In this document: piece by piece, positions 10,234 through 20,592 of the stretch
How the letters are laid out: each line of letters opens with the position of its first letter
Numbering within the stretch: position 1 is the first letter of the stretch
Source of the DNA: an uncultured Gemmataceae bacterium
GTDB lineage: Bacteria > Planctomycetota > Planctomycetia > Gemmatales > Gemmataceae
Reading direction: 5' to 3'
DNA: 64,000 nt
Assembly (NCBI GenBank): GCA_963750165.1
Contig: CAVVPN010000003.1
Span: forward strand, 1,920,001-1,984,000
Made by a program: the position numbers and the translations under genes
Notes under the pieces: model-generated
Told to the model about the DNA's origin: nothing
Databases searched by the model: none
Seen by the model: only the letters and a program-made list of their open reading frames with translations

Positions 10234-10614
10234 CGCCGCCAGCGCGCACAATTCATGCACTTGCAGTCGCACCAATCGCGATAAGAAAAACTACAGCCTG
10301 TCTTCCAACGAGTGGCATCGTGCCAAACGGGATTTTCCGAGGCATAGCTCCGGTGTTCGATGGTGGGAAGAAGGGCGGAATGCCTTGTGGATCCAGTCCG
10401 ATTGACAGTAGCGAAATCAGGACACTACCGGCATACTTCGCAAGGTGGACATGGTATACAATAGACCACATTGATGCAGGGTACACTCGGGGGCTTCTTT
10501 GTCTCTGCGGGATGAGTGCCCCGGCCAATTTACCATCGGCTCGATGCCGCTCGTGCGAGCCGGATGCTGACCCTTCCGCAGGTGGGGTCAGCTCAACTGG
10601 AAAGCCGTGTCCGC

Positions 10615-13044
10615 ATGAAAGTCGTGCTCGCCGAGAAGCCGTCGGTCGCCCGTGAACTAGCCTCCTTCCTTCGCGCCACGGCGAGGGCCGATGGGTATTT
10701 CGAGGGTCAGGGCTACCAGGTGACCTGGGCCCTGGGGCACCTCGCCACCCTCAAGGAGCCGGAGGACTACGACCCGGCCCTCAAGCGCTGGTCGCTGGAG
10801 ACGCTCCCCATCGTGCCCGAACGCTTCGGGCTCAAACTCGTCGAGGACAAGGGCGCCCGCAAGCAGTTCGCCGTCATCAAGCGCCTGTTCCGCTCGGCCG
10901 GCGAGATCATCTGCGCCACCGACGCCGGCCGCGAGGGCGAGCTCATCTTCCGCTACATTCTGGAGCTCGCCGGCTGCGCCGACAAGCCGGCCCGGCGCCT
11001 CTGGCTAAGCTCCCTCACCGAGGCTGCGACCCGGGAAGCCTTCCGACGCCTGCGCCCGCTGTCCGACTACGACGCGCTGTACGCGGCGGCGCGCTGCCGC
11101 AGCGAGGCCGACTGGATCGTCGGCCTGAACGCGACGCGGAACTACACCGTCCGCTACCGCTCGGGAGGGGTCCTCTGGAGCGTCGGCCGCGTGCAGACGC
11201 CGGTGCTGGCCATGATCGTCGGCCGCGACGATGAGATCCGCACCTTCAAGCCCGAACCCTTCTGGGAGCTTTGGACCCGCTACCGCGAGGTCACCTTCAA
11301 GTTTGCCGGCGAGCGCTTCGCGAAGGAAGACGACGCCCGGACGCTGCTGGGGCGCGTGCAGGGGCACCCCTTCACCATCCGGGACGTCGAACGTAAGGAG
11401 GAGCGGGTCCAGCCGCCGCAGCTCTACGACCTGACCGAGTTGCAGCGGGACATGAACCGGCGCTACGGGATGTCGGCCGACGCCACGCTGAAGGCCGCCC
11501 AGGCGCTCTACGAGAGCAAGGCGATCACCTACCCCAGGACCGACTCGCGGCACCTGGGGGGCGACATGAAGGCGCAGATCCCGCGCATCCTGGGCGAGCT
11601 CCGTTCTCTCAAGCCGACCGAGATCGGCAAGCTCGACCTCGGCGCGCTGGCCTTCAGCGCGCGCATCATCGACGACAAGAAGGTCAGCGACCACCACGCG
11701 ATCATCCCGACCGGCAAGCCGCCGGGGTCCCTCTCGCCGGAGGCGGAGAGGGTCTACGACGCCGTCGTCGTCCGCCTCCTCGCCGCCTTCTACCCTCCCT
11801 GCGTGAAGGAGGTGAAGAGCGTCGCCGGCGTGTCGAATGGCGTGCCGTTTCGAGCCAGGGGTGTGCGAGTGCTCGAGCCCGGGTGGACCACGCTGTACCC
11901 TCGGAAGGAAGAGGACAAGAGGGACGACGAGCAAGACCTGCCGGAATTTCGCCCCGGCGAGAGCGGCCCGCATGAACCGTTCGTCCAGCGGGGCGAGACC
12001 ACACCTCCGAAGCCCTTCACCGAGAGCACGCTCCTCGGGGCGATGGAAACGGCGGGGAAGCTCGTGGACGACGAGGACTTGAAGGAGGCGCTAAAGAAGC
12101 ACGGCCTGGGCACGCCGGCGACGCGGGCGGCAATCATCGAGACGCTCCTCGCGCGGGGCTACATCGTGCGGGTGAAGAAGACGCTCGCCGCGACGGATCT
12201 GGGGCGCTACCTCGTGGCCCTGGTCCGGGACCGGGCCCTGAAGTCTCCCGAGTTGACGGGCGAGTGGGAGGCGAAGCTCCGGGAGATCGAGGGCTCCCGC
12301 CTCGACCCCCGCCAGTTCATGGCCGAGATCATCCAGTACACGACCGAGGTCATCCGCTCCGCCGATGCGGCCGCTGTCGATCCAACGCGTCTGGGGGACT
12401 GCCCGCGTTGCGGCCGGCCGGTCATCGCAGGGCAGCGCGGGTGTGGCTGCTCCGGCTGGCGTGAAGGCTGCCCGTTCGTGCTCTGGAAGGACTACCGGGG
12501 CCAGCCCCTCGGAGAGGGGGCGGTCCGGGAACTCCTGCAGTGCCGCGTCCTGCTCAAGCCCATGAAGTTTGTGGATGCGGCCGAGGTTATTCTCAGCCTG
12601 ACGGATTCGGGCGTGTTGACCGAGATCCCGGTCCCCATCGGCCGGCCACAACGCCCAGCGAAGACTGAGAGACCCAAGCGTGCGAGCAGACGCTCGAAGC
12701 CGGGCACGCGCCTCGGACAGCGAGGCTCGAGTGACGGCGCAGGCTCCCCCAAGGCTGAAGAGACTCCTGCGACGCCCGCGGGCGAACTGGGTCTCTGTCC
12801 TCTCTGCGGCTCCGAGGTCATCGAGCAGCAGAAGTCCTACGGCTGCAGCGGCTGGCGGGGCGGGTGCAAGTTCACGATCTGGAAGACCATCGCCGGCAAG
12901 CGGATCAGCGCCCGCACGGCCCGGGCGCTCCTTCGGCGCGGCAGGAGCCCGGTGCTCAAGGGCTTCCAGTCAAAATCCGGGAGGGCCTTCGACGCGCGTC
13001 TGAAGCTGGAGCAGGGCGCGGTCCACTTCGATTTCGAGCCCTGA
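10615..13044 (+). CDS. topB: DNA topoisomerase III (type IA) with C-terminal zinc-ribbon repeats
   Basis: LAEKPSVA Toprim, ATDAGREGE, GRVQTP, ITYPRTDS catalytic Tyr, GLGTPATRA, two CPxC..GCSGW modules. Confidence 0.93.
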   Translation: MKVVLAEKPSVARELASFLRATARADGYFEGQGYQVTWALGHLATLKEPEDYDPALKRWSLETLPIVPERFGLKLVEDKGARKQFAVIKRLFRSAGEIICATDAGREGELIFRYILELAGCADKPARRLWLSSLTEAATREAFRRLRPLSDYDALYAAARCRSEADWIVGLNATRNYTVRYRSGGVLWSVGRVQTPVLAMIVGRDDEIRTFKPEPFWELWTRYREVTFKFAGERFAKEDDARTLLGRVQGHPFTIRDVERKEERVQPPQLYDLTELQRDMNRRYGMSADATLKAAQALYESKAITYPRTDSRHLGGDMKAQIPRILGELRSLKPTEIGKLDLGALAFSARIIDDKKVSDHHAIIPTGKPPGSLSPEAERVYDAVVVRLLAAFYPPCVKEVKSVAGVSNGVPFRARGVRVLEPGWTTLYPRKEEDKRDDEQDLPEFRPGESGPHEPFVQRGETTPPKPFTESTLLGAMETAGKLVDDEDLKEALKKHGLGTPATRAAIIETLLARGYIVRVKKTLAATDLGRYLVALVRDRALKSPELTGEWEAKLREIEGSRLDPRQFMAEIIQYTTEVIRSADAAAVDPTRLGDCPRCGRPVIAGQRGCGCSGWREGCPFVLWKDYRGQPLGEGAVRELLQCRVLLKPMKFVDAAEVILSLTDSGVLTEIPVPIGRPQRPAKTERPKRASRRSKPGTRLGQRGSSDGAGSPKAEETPATPAGELGLCPLCGSEVIEQQKSYGCSGWRGGCKFTIWKTIAGKRISARTARALLRRGRSPVLKGFQSKSGRAFDARLKLEQGAVHFDFEP

Positions 13045-13208
13045 AAAGGGCTTCCGCCATCCACTGTTCCCCTGCGCCCAAGAGCTACCCGCGGCAAATC
13101 GCCCCTTTCCGACTGGCAGTACGAAGGATTGGAGGCCCAGTTTGCACCCCATGGTCAGGCGACCCGAATTGCGCGGTTCCCTGCTCACGCTTCTTCAGGC
13201 TTACTCGG

Positions 13209-14120
13209 TCAGCTCACAAGCTCGAACAAAAAATGCTGGGCAGTCGCGCTTCCGAAGCCAGATGTCGCCTCTGTCAAGGGGACCTTGATCAGATAATCCA
13301 CCTCTTCCGGCCCATCACCTGTCGCGGCCCAAGCAATTCTGATGGTCGCGCAAGCATCGCCGCGCCACCAGACCGGCGTGAGATAGCGGATAAGCTGATT
13401 TTTGGAAGCCCCGAGCACCGGCCTCGCTTTTTCGGTGGGCACCGTATCCTGCCTGCCATACTCGTCATGGTCGCAGCCAGGGATTTCCCAGATGCACTTC
13501 CGAAGCTTCGCGTAGTAGTGTTCCTTGAAGGGCGTAACGTACAAGCAGAGTCCGAGGTCCCCACCGATGACCCGTCGTAAACTGGCCCACAGGGTTATGT
13601 CATTTTTGTACTTCGACTGAAGCAGCGCTGCGCCTACCATTTCGAGCCGGGAACGCCAATCGGCCGCGCTTTCCTCAGTGAGCCGAATCAAAAAGACGTT
13701 GCCATAAAGGACCCGAACTCGGGATATGGAAACCGGGTCGAGGCCCGTCTGATGGTCTACCTTAATCACCCGCGTCGGCCAACCGGAGGCAATCGCCAGC
13801 CGGTTTGGATTCCAGCTATTGAGGAGCCAGTGCGTGCCAACTCGCGCAGTTTCCACCATCCGTTCGTCCTTCCAGTGCCCGCAGACGACCGGAGCAGCTG
13901 TACACTCGTGTTCATCAGCCCGAATCCACGGTAGGAAAGAGAACATCATGCCCGCAAGAAAGGCGCTCCCCTCATCCCTCTCTTGTCCACGCTCGATTTC
14001 GTTGGTGTCAAACGTCAAGAGCCCTTCGACGGAAGGGCAGTTCGCGGGCAGGGTTGGTTGAAGATAGCCAGCCTGTACCATTTCCTTCATCAAAGGAGGT
14101 AGCTCTTCTCGCCATGCCAT
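13209..14120 (-). CDS. Hypothetical protein (lower GC)
   Basis: 303-aa ORF; ATG abuts the IS630 target TA; no recognised family. Confidence 0.55.
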   Translation of the reverse strand: MAWREELPPLMKEMVQAGYLQPTLPANCPSVEGLLTFDTNEIERGQERDEGSAFLAGMMFSFLPWIRADEHECTAAPVVCGHWKDERMVETARVGTHWLLNSWNPNRLAIASGWPTRVIKVDHQTGLDPVSISRVRVLYGNVFLIRLTEESAADWRSRLEMVGAALLQSKYKNDITLWASLRRVIGGDLGLCLYVTPFKEHYYAKLRKCIWEIPGCDHDEYGRQDTVPTEKARPVLGASKNQLIRYLTPVWWRGDACATIRIAWAATGDGPEEVDYLIKVPLTEATSGFGSATAQHFLFELVS

Positions 14121-15305
14121 ATTACCTCGGCAAATAATATTCTCACATATTCAGAAGGCTGCCGCATAATGGATACACGAGTGTTTGAAGTAATTCCTGA
14201 CGTGAGTGGGCAAGTGGGCCAGGCGGCGCATGAAGGTTTGCAGCCGCGAACGCAACTCCGGCTTGCTCGACGGCAAGCCCTGCGCGTTCACCTGCCCTTT
14301 GACATCGTTGTTCAGGTACTCGTCCGCGTTCAGCTCCGGCACGTAGGGCGGCAGGTGGAACAACTCCAGGCGGTCGGCGTGCGCCTCCGCCCACGCGAAC
14401 ACCGCCGGCGTCAAGTGCGCCTGCAACCGGTCCACGATGATGTAGACTTTCCCGGTCGTGCTCCGCAGCAGTCGCTCCAGGAAGGTGAGGAACACCGCTG
14501 CTGTCAGCGTACTCGTGTACGTCATGAAGCGTACCGCCCCTTCGTTGGTAATGGACGAGATCATGTTCACGCGGATATGGGGGTCCGGCACGTCCACCGT
14601 CGCCGGTTGCCCTTCGCGGGCGTAGCCCTGGCCGGGGTGTTCGTCGGCCGCAACGCCGGTCTCGTCGCACCAGTGGATGGTAGCGCCCTCTTCGGCCGCC
14701 CGTGCCTCGATACCCGGGTAGATCTCCTCCAGCCATTCGCGGACTTCCTCCGGGTCTTGGTTTTTGCTGGGCCGCCGCGGCCGCTTCGGCGTGTAGCCCC
14801 AGCGGCGCAGGTAACTGCCGACCGTGCGTACGGGCAGGTCGATGCCACATTCCAGGCGAATCAACTCGCGTACGGCACGGCGCGACCACAGGGCGGCCGC
14901 GATGCCGAAGTCGGCGGGAGAGCGTTGGTCGAGGAGTTGCTGGAGGCGGCCGGCTTGCGCGTCGGTCAAGATGCGGCCCGAGCCGACGGGCCGGCCGCTG
15001 CGGTCGTGCGGTAGGGCGTCAGGACCGCCAGCGTGGTAGGCGCTGACCCAGCGGGACACCGTTTCGCGGGCGACACCGAGGAGTTCCGCGACTTCAGCTT
15101 CGGTGTAGCCCTGTTCGCAGCCGTGAACGGTGCGCAGACGCAAGGCTTCGAGGACTTCATCGGACAGCAAGCGAGCATCGGGTAAGGTGAGAGCCATGAT
15201 AGGTTCCTCCCCGCCGTCGAGGGCAAACACTACGACGGCGTTAGCCGGGGCGAACCGCATCGAATCCACCAAGAATGCGTGAGCAGATTACATGCCGAGG
15301 TAATA
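14120..15305 (-). mobile_element. IS630 family insertion sequence with ~27-bp TIRs and TA target duplication
   Basis: TATTACCTCGGCAAATAATATTCTCAC (14120-14146) is the imperfect inverse of GTGAGCAGATTACATGCCGAGGTAATA (15279-15305). Confidence 0.9.
14151..15197 (-). CDS. IS630 family transposase
   Basis: N-terminal HTH; WCDETG, IVDRLQAH, LPPYVPELNADE DDE motifs; GGAGG RBS before MALTLPD. Confidence 0.93.
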   Translation of the reverse strand: MALTLPDARLLSDEVLEALRLRTVHGCEQGYTEAEVAELLGVARETVSRWVSAYHAGGPDALPHDRSGRPVGSGRILTDAQAGRLQQLLDQRSPADFGIAAALWSRRAVRELIRLECGIDLPVRTVGSYLRRWGYTPKRPRRPSKNQDPEEVREWLEEIYPGIEARAAEEGATIHWCDETGVAADEHPGQGYAREGQPATVDVPDPHIRVNMISSITNEGAVRFMTYTSTLTAAVFLTFLERLLRSTTGKVYIIVDRLQAHLTPAVFAWAEAHADRLELFHLPPYVPELNADEYLNNDVKGQVNAQGLPSSKPELRSRLQTFMRRLAHLPTHVRNYFKHSCIHYAAAF

Positions 15306-15542
15306 GGCTCACCTCAAGCTGAGACGCATGTTCTGGTCAAATGTTACGCTCTTTTCCTGCCCGTGCAACGACAAACCCTTGCCTTGAGCCACCAACAAAC
15401 CCGTCGATGGGAGCGAAGCGCAAAGCATCGGACCTCGGAACACGTTTTAGGCCCCGTTCTCCGCGCGGCGGAAAGCCGCTACGAACAGGAAGAGGATCGA
15501 GGTCCAAAAAGGATACGGGGCTTGGGCCCAGTGAGTACCACC

Positions 15543-15639
15543 GTGTGAGGATCGCAAACTCGGAGTGGAAGTGACGTCGCCCGATCGACCTCCTGAACCC
15601 GATTGAGCAGTTTTCCAGGGATTTCCGTGCAATTCAGTG
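15543..15639 (+). repeat. Dispersed repeat, copy 1 (homologous to 45549-45731)
   Basis: 33-bp exact match 15607-15639 = 45699-45731; 48/65 ungapped identity of 15543-15607 with 45549-45613. Confidence 0.85.
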
Positions 15640-15817
15640 GAAAGAAGGCCCGTTCACCGAATGATCGGCGATGTTCAGGTGCGTAAGAGGCGGCAGGACG
15701 CGCCGCAAGACTTCGATGGGTGGTCATCACGCCAATTGCCGCGAGTAGCTTCCAGGCCATCGACAACAGGCGGGTCCGCAGAGAACTGCTATCTGCCAAA
15801 CTCAAAACATGGTTGGG

Positions 15818-17177
15818 GGCAAGTGCCAGTACATCCCGAACAGTTTTGTGTCAGTACATCCCGAACACTCAGAGGACTATAATTCACCTTAAACTGATCC
15901 TTCATGAGGTAGTTCCATGAGCAAGCAAAGCGTCAAGAGGAGCGTCGCCGAAACATGGTAGCCGCCGTTCGACGAGGCCAGCCGCTTCGTGCCGTCGCTG
16001 GCCGTTTCGGCGTCGGCCACACCACGGTTGCCTACTGGGTTCAGCGCGCCGACGGGTAGCGGCTGGACCGGTCAATTGGTCCGATCGCTCGCGTGCGCCG
16101 CACAAGACCCAACGCACAGCAACTTCCCTGGAGGATCTCGTTCTGCAGACGCGGAGAGACCTGGCCCTTGGCGACCTCGGTGCCATCGGAGCCGACGCCA
16201 TTCACCAGGCCCTGCGGGACCAAGGGGTTGCCAATGTCCCCTCGGTGCGGACCATCAACCGTATCCTCGGACGCCGCGGCGCTTTGGACGGCCGCCGGAG
16301 GATCCGGCGGCCTTCTCCTCTCAAGGGTTGGTACTTGCCCGATGTTGCAGCTGCCAAGGCCGAGCTGGACAGCATCGACATTGTTGAGGGACTTATGATC
16401 AAAGGCGACCCCGAGGTCGAGGTACTCAACGGTGTGTCCTTGCACGACGGCCTGGTCGCCTCCTGGCCGATCGCCTCCCCGGTCACGGCCCAGATGACCA
16501 TGGCGTCGCTGATCGAGCACTGGCGCGAATTCGGCCTGCCCGCCTACGCCCAGTTCGACAACGACCTGATCTTCCACGGCGCCTATCGATACCCGGATGC
16601 CCTGGGGCGGGTCATCCGCCTGTGCCTGAGCCTGGGGGTAGTCCCTGTGTTCGTGCCCCCGCGAGACCGGCTTCCAGGCCATGATCGAGAGCTACAACGG
16701 CTGGTGGCAGACCAAGGTCTGGTCGCGGTTCCAGCATGACAACCTGGCGGTGTTGCTGGGGCATTCCCAGAAGTACGTTGCTGCCTTGCGGAAGAAGCGC
16801 GCAATGCGGATCGAAGATGCCCCAGACCGTCGAGCGTTCCCTGAGGAGTGGAAACTCGAGCTGAAGAAACGGCCTGGTGGCCGGCTGGTCTATCTGCGAC
16901 GCAGTAATGGCGTCATTGAGGTGAACCTGCTGGGCCAGACCTGGACACTCGGCCAAGTTTGGCCCAACCGCCTGGTTCGCTGTGAAGTGGGTTTGAACAA
17001 GGACAAGATCCGCTTCTTCACCCTGCGAAGGAGAGAACCGACAATTCAACCTAAGATCCTTGAAGTGGACTATCGGCTTCCCAACCGCGGGTTCCAGGAC
17101 TGATGGGGCTGTTCGGGGTCTATTGGCAGATGTCAGCACGCGCGCACTTTTTTGTTCGGGACGTACTGGCACTTACA
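15818..17177 (+). mobile_element. Decayed IS481-like insertion sequence
   Basis: AAGTGCCAGTACATCCCGAACA (15821-15842) inverse to 17153-17174 with 1 mismatch; right end terminates in ACA; extra internal copies of the end motif. Confidence 0.8.
15917..17103 (+). pseudogene. IS481-like DDE transposase, frameshifted with an internal stop
   Basis: HTH 'LRAVAGRFGVGHTTVAYWV', then TAG; VPSVRTINRIL; WREFGLPAYAQFDN; IESYNGWWQ, in different frames. Confidence 0.8.
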
Positions 17178-17357
17178 CTTTCTAAATCGATGAACCAGGA
17201 GGGGGGATGCATCAGGGTGGTTCCGAGCGGAAGCGCTTTCATCTCTGTCGGAAGTGCCTCGCGAGACCTGCCGATGGCGCCATGTGGCGACAGAACACGA
17301 ATCGGTTCCCAGGCACTCTAAGAACTATCATACCGTATGCGCTCACGAAGCAACCTT

Positions 17358-17567
17358 ATGAAGGACAACGACAAAGCGGAAAGAAAGGCGCAGGTGAACG
17401 ACGACCCGATGAAGCGGGTCGTCATCCCTGTGATGAACTCGGGCAACAAATACGGCCAGGACCTACCGGAGATTCGGAACTGGAAGTGGGGCGTGACCAA
17501 CTTAGGCACGGCATGCTCACAAGACTCCGATCCTGCCTCTTTATCCCAGGATTGGAATCCTGCCTGA
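17358..17567 (+). other. Short ORF carrying a phosphoketolase C-terminal-tail-like motif
   Basis: [13 protein letters not shown] versus [13 protein letters not shown] at the end of xfp (55306). Confidence 0.45.
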
Positions 17568-17578
17568 CGAATACCCTC

Positions 17579-19051
17579 TCACTCTCCCTCCTTGAGAGCA
17601 TTCCTCGGCGTCTTCGACAGGGCGTCGGCCAGCTGTGGCGACAGTTTGTCTTCCGGGCTCAGCCTGGAGGCAGTGCGAAGTTCAGCGATGGCGGCGTCGT
17701 GGTCATCGAGCACGAGGTAGTGATACCCCAGCAGGAAGTGCCCCTTGCTGTCGTTGGGGTGGTTGCCGACAAAAGCCTCAAGAGCGCGAATCTGCTGGGT
17801 ATACGCGTCCGTGCTGGCGTACAGTCCCGTCATCGTGTCCCAGTCCCACCCCGGTCCGTTCGCGAGCACTGCGTAGATCGCCGCCGCCGCATCGGCGTAC
17901 ATGCCGCGCGCGAACAGGACTAGCGCCCGAAACTCGTGCATCGAGCGGTCGCCCGGCAAGAGCTGCACCGCGCTATCTACCTCCGCGGTCGCGTTGTCGT
18001 AGTCGCCTCTCTTGAAGAACGCCCGCGCCTGCGCCAAGTGGCCCACCGCGTCCGTGACGGTGTCGCCCTCGACTTCCGCCGCTTGGGTGTCGGTCGGCAC
18101 CGGGATCGGCCGGGAGTAGTCGAGCGCCGCGACCGTCGCGGTATATGGGTCGCCGACACCGTATTCCCGATCCATGAAATAGGGATTCTCATAGACGAAT
18201 GAGGTCCCGGAAGCCCACGGCGTCAGCCAGTAGCCGCCCGTCAGACCGGCCCAGAGCGCCGGGTAGGTCGGCCAGTTGTACCAGGCCCCGTGATACCAGC
18301 CGCGATGATACCCCCGCCACGGACGGTTGAAGTTGTCGATCGCGGTCACGAATTGCGAGCTTCGATTGATGTTCGTAATGCTCGTACGGTCGTTAATGGT
18401 GGTCCGGCTTCCGCCGATGCGAGTGCGGTCGCCGCCGCCGATCGTGGTCGGACCGCCTGGACGAATCGGTCGCGGCCTATCCGGTCGCACGAGAGGCCCG
18501 CCGGGACGGGCAGGCGGCCTCTCCGGACGGATCGACGGTGGACGAGCCAGCGGGCGAACGCCTCCAGCAATCGGCCGGCCGGCACCTGGCCGGGTCGGAT
18601 TGACCGTCGGGCGCTCGGGACGCGGTCGGATGGGATGCGATCCCGCAAGACCGGGACGGGTCGGCAAAGGATGGACAGTCGGGCGAGTCGGCCGGGCGAT
18701 CGGGGGACGACCGGCCGCCGGAGGGCGAATCGTGGTCGGATGGCTGGGCCGCGGGGGGGCCGCCGGTCGAGACACGGTCGGGCGCGGCGCTGTCGGGCGC
18801 GGGGCTGCTGGACGAACCACCGCTGGACGCGGCGCGGCCGGGCGGGGCGCGGCCGGGCGGGGGGCTGCCGGACGCGGAGCCGGCGGACGAGGCTGTGCCG
18901 GACGGCTCGCCGGTGGAGCATGCGCCGGTATGTGCGGTGGCGGCGCATGCGGCGTACCGCCCTTGGGCGCCGGTCGCGGCACAAGGGCCAGCACCGGGCC
19001 CGCCAGCAAGGTGGCGCTCAGAACGATCACTCCAAGGCTTAAAGGTCTCAT
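17579..19051 (-). CDS. Secreted Pro/Arg-rich protein with C-terminal TPR domain
   Basis: Signal peptide, tandem RPAAP repeats, Trp/Tyr-rich middle, TPR helices (ARAFFKRGDY...HFLLGYHY). Confidence 0.8.
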   Translation of the reverse strand: MRPLSLGVIVLSATLLAGPVLALVPRPAPKGGTPHAPPPHIPAHAPPASRPAQPRPPAPRPAAPRPAAPRPAAPRPAVVRPAAPRPTAPRPTVSRPAAPPRPSHPTTIRPPAAGRPPIARPTRPTVHPLPTRPGLAGSHPIRPRPERPTVNPTRPGAGRPIAGGVRPLARPPSIRPERPPARPGGPLVRPDRPRPIRPGGPTTIGGGDRTRIGGSRTTINDRTSITNINRSSQFVTAIDNFNRPWRGYHRGWYHGAWYNWPTYPALWAGLTGGYWLTPWASGTSFVYENPYFMDREYGVGDPYTATVAALDYSRPIPVPTDTQAAEVEGDTVTDAVGHLAQARAFFKRGDYDNATAEVDSAVQLLPGDRSMHEFRALVLFARGMYADAAAAIYAVLANGPGWDWDTMTGLYASTDAYTQQIRALEAFVGNHPNDSKGHFLLGYHYLVLDDHDAAIAELRTASRLSPEDKLSPQLADALSKTPRNALKEGE

Positions 19052-19072
19052 GGTTGCAATCTCCAGGGCGGC

Positions 19073-20071
19073 TTAGCGCACCTTCTCCTTGCGAACGAAG
19101 GTGACGTTCAGGTCCGGTAACGGCAATTCATCCGCCTCGCGGTCCGTGGCCGACCACTCGACAGTGTTGTCGTCAACGTATTTCCAGAGATGCACGGACG
19201 TGGAAACCTTGCCGTCGGGAAACACGCCTTCGCAATCGATCTGCCAGTTATTTCCATGGCGCGTCCAGAAACCACCGCCGAAGCCGCCGGACGAGTCGAA
19301 CAGCCAGGAACGCAGACCCTGGCTGTTCGCGTCCCAGCCGATGCGCTGGCGGGCGCTGAGCTGCGTGCCGTCGGCGTGCTTGATGGAGAATTCCTGGATG
19401 AGGAAGGTCTGGTTGGGCGCCCAGCGGCAGGTCATGCGCACCTCGCCCTTGCTGCCCTTCTCCTCCCATTCGCCGACCATCCATGCCAGCGGTTTGAGCT
19501 TCGTGTACGCCGTGGACTGCTCTTCCTCCGTGCCTTCGGGCAGGTCGCGCACACAGCTGATCTGCCATTTGCCGCCCAGCTTGACCCAGACGGCGCTATA
19601 GCGGCCCGGCTCGACGTTGCCCTCCGGGGAGGTCATGAAGACGGTCCCCTCCTCCAGGGCCACGTCCGGCTTGATGAAGCGGAGGCTGCGCACCTTGACT
19701 GACTGCTTGCTGCCCTTGTGCTCGGCCAGCGCTTTCTTGAGCAACCGGCGAATGGCCGCGCGACCCTGCTGCACCGCGCCGGTCTCGGGAATGTACTCGG
19801 CGTCTTCGGTCCAGAAGCCGACCAGAGCGTCCAGATCGCCCTTGTTGAAGGCCTCGGTGTAGTCCTGGCAGGTCTTGCGGATGGCCCGCTCCTCTGCCCG
19901 CCGGGAGAACGGCGTTTCCTTGAGAGCGGCTTTTGGTTTTACCGTGCTGCTTTTGCTGTTGTCTCCGCGTTCGTCCGGATAGGCCCCGGCACGGAACATG
20001 CCTGACAGGGCCAAGCCCGCAACGGCCATGATCGTCAGCAACGCAGCCGCTATCCATTTACGGCTCGACAT
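19073..20071 (-). CDS. SgcJ/EcaC family (SnoaL/NTF2-like, DUF4440) secreted protein
   Basis: YTEAFNKGDLDALVGFWTEDAEY, LRFIKPDVALEEG, LAWMVGEW, RIGWD...SWLFDS.GG. Confidence 0.85.
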   Translation of the reverse strand: MSSRKWIAAALLTIMAVAGLALSGMFRAGAYPDERGDNSKSSTVKPKAALKETPFSRRAEERAIRKTCQDYTEAFNKGDLDALVGFWTEDAEYIPETGAVQQGRAAIRRLLKKALAEHKGSKQSVKVRSLRFIKPDVALEEGTVFMTSPEGNVEPGRYSAVWVKLGGKWQISCVRDLPEGTEEEQSTAYTKLKPLAWMVGEWEEKGSKGEVRMTCRWAPNQTFLIQEFSIKHADGTQLSARQRIGWDANSQGLRSWLFDSSGGFGGGFWTRHGNNWQIDCEGVFPDGKVSTSVHLWKYVDDNTVEWSATDREADELPLPDLNVTFVRKEKVR

Positions 20072-20181
20072 GATGAAGCACCCCGGATGAGAGAACCCCC
20101 GGAGCACCTGGACGCGGCGCCGCGTACCTCTGTTCCCCACTGGTTCGCGAAGAGAACGGCGCTCCTATTTGTTCGTCTTGG

Positions 20182-20197
20182 AGCAGATTGCGTGCCG
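20182..20197 (-). promoter_or_regulatory. sigma54-type -24/-12 promoter for the SgcJ/TPR operon
   Basis: Minus strand CGGCACG-caat-CTGCT (GG-N10-GC). Confidence 0.6.
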
Positions 20198-20551
20198 AAC
20201 GCTCTGCTGGTGTTTCCCTCTTTCCGACGATGCTTGAAGTTGTCTGAATCGTAGCCGTAGCGACGGTAGTGCCACCGCCTGGGCACCTCGACCAGGGCGC
20301 GGATCGGCGAAGACCAACGAGCCGGGCACGACCTCGTCGGCGTGCCCGCCGAACTCGTCCGTTGCTCCTCCCTGCCCTCGGGAGTCGTCATCCGGGCAAG
20401 GTGGCTGTGCGGTTGTGATAGTTGGTTGAGCGGTTCGGGCACACGGTGCCGGCCAGCAGAGGAAGTCAGGCGGTCCTTGCACAAAGTCGATCAAGCGTAC
20501 ACCAGAGCATCTTGCCGCCTTGCAACGATCGATTTGTTGGGCGACATATTT

Positions 20552-20567
20552 CGGCATGAAAAATGCT
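20552..20567 (+). promoter_or_regulatory. sigma54-type -24/-12 promoter
   Basis: CGGCATG-aaaa-ATGCT (GG-N10-GC). Confidence 0.6.
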
Positions 20568-20592
20568 CTTTCTATTTTGCGGTCAAGATTGA

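Noticed and set aside
14605..14615. GAAGGGCAACC core match on the minus strand inside the IS630 transposase
   Set aside because: Coding context with no P1 or terminator; likely chance
15824..15867. Two direct repeats that could suggest a mini-CRISPR
   Set aside because: The spacer is only ~6 bp, inverted copies mark the IS right end, and there are no cas genes
18770..18900. 15-bp tandem repeats
   Set aside because: They encode RPAAP low-complexity protein repeats; not a CRISPR or non-coding array
20200..20290. GYDSDNF peptide resembling an IS5 transposase motif
   Set aside because: Too short, with no other transposase motifs or TIRs
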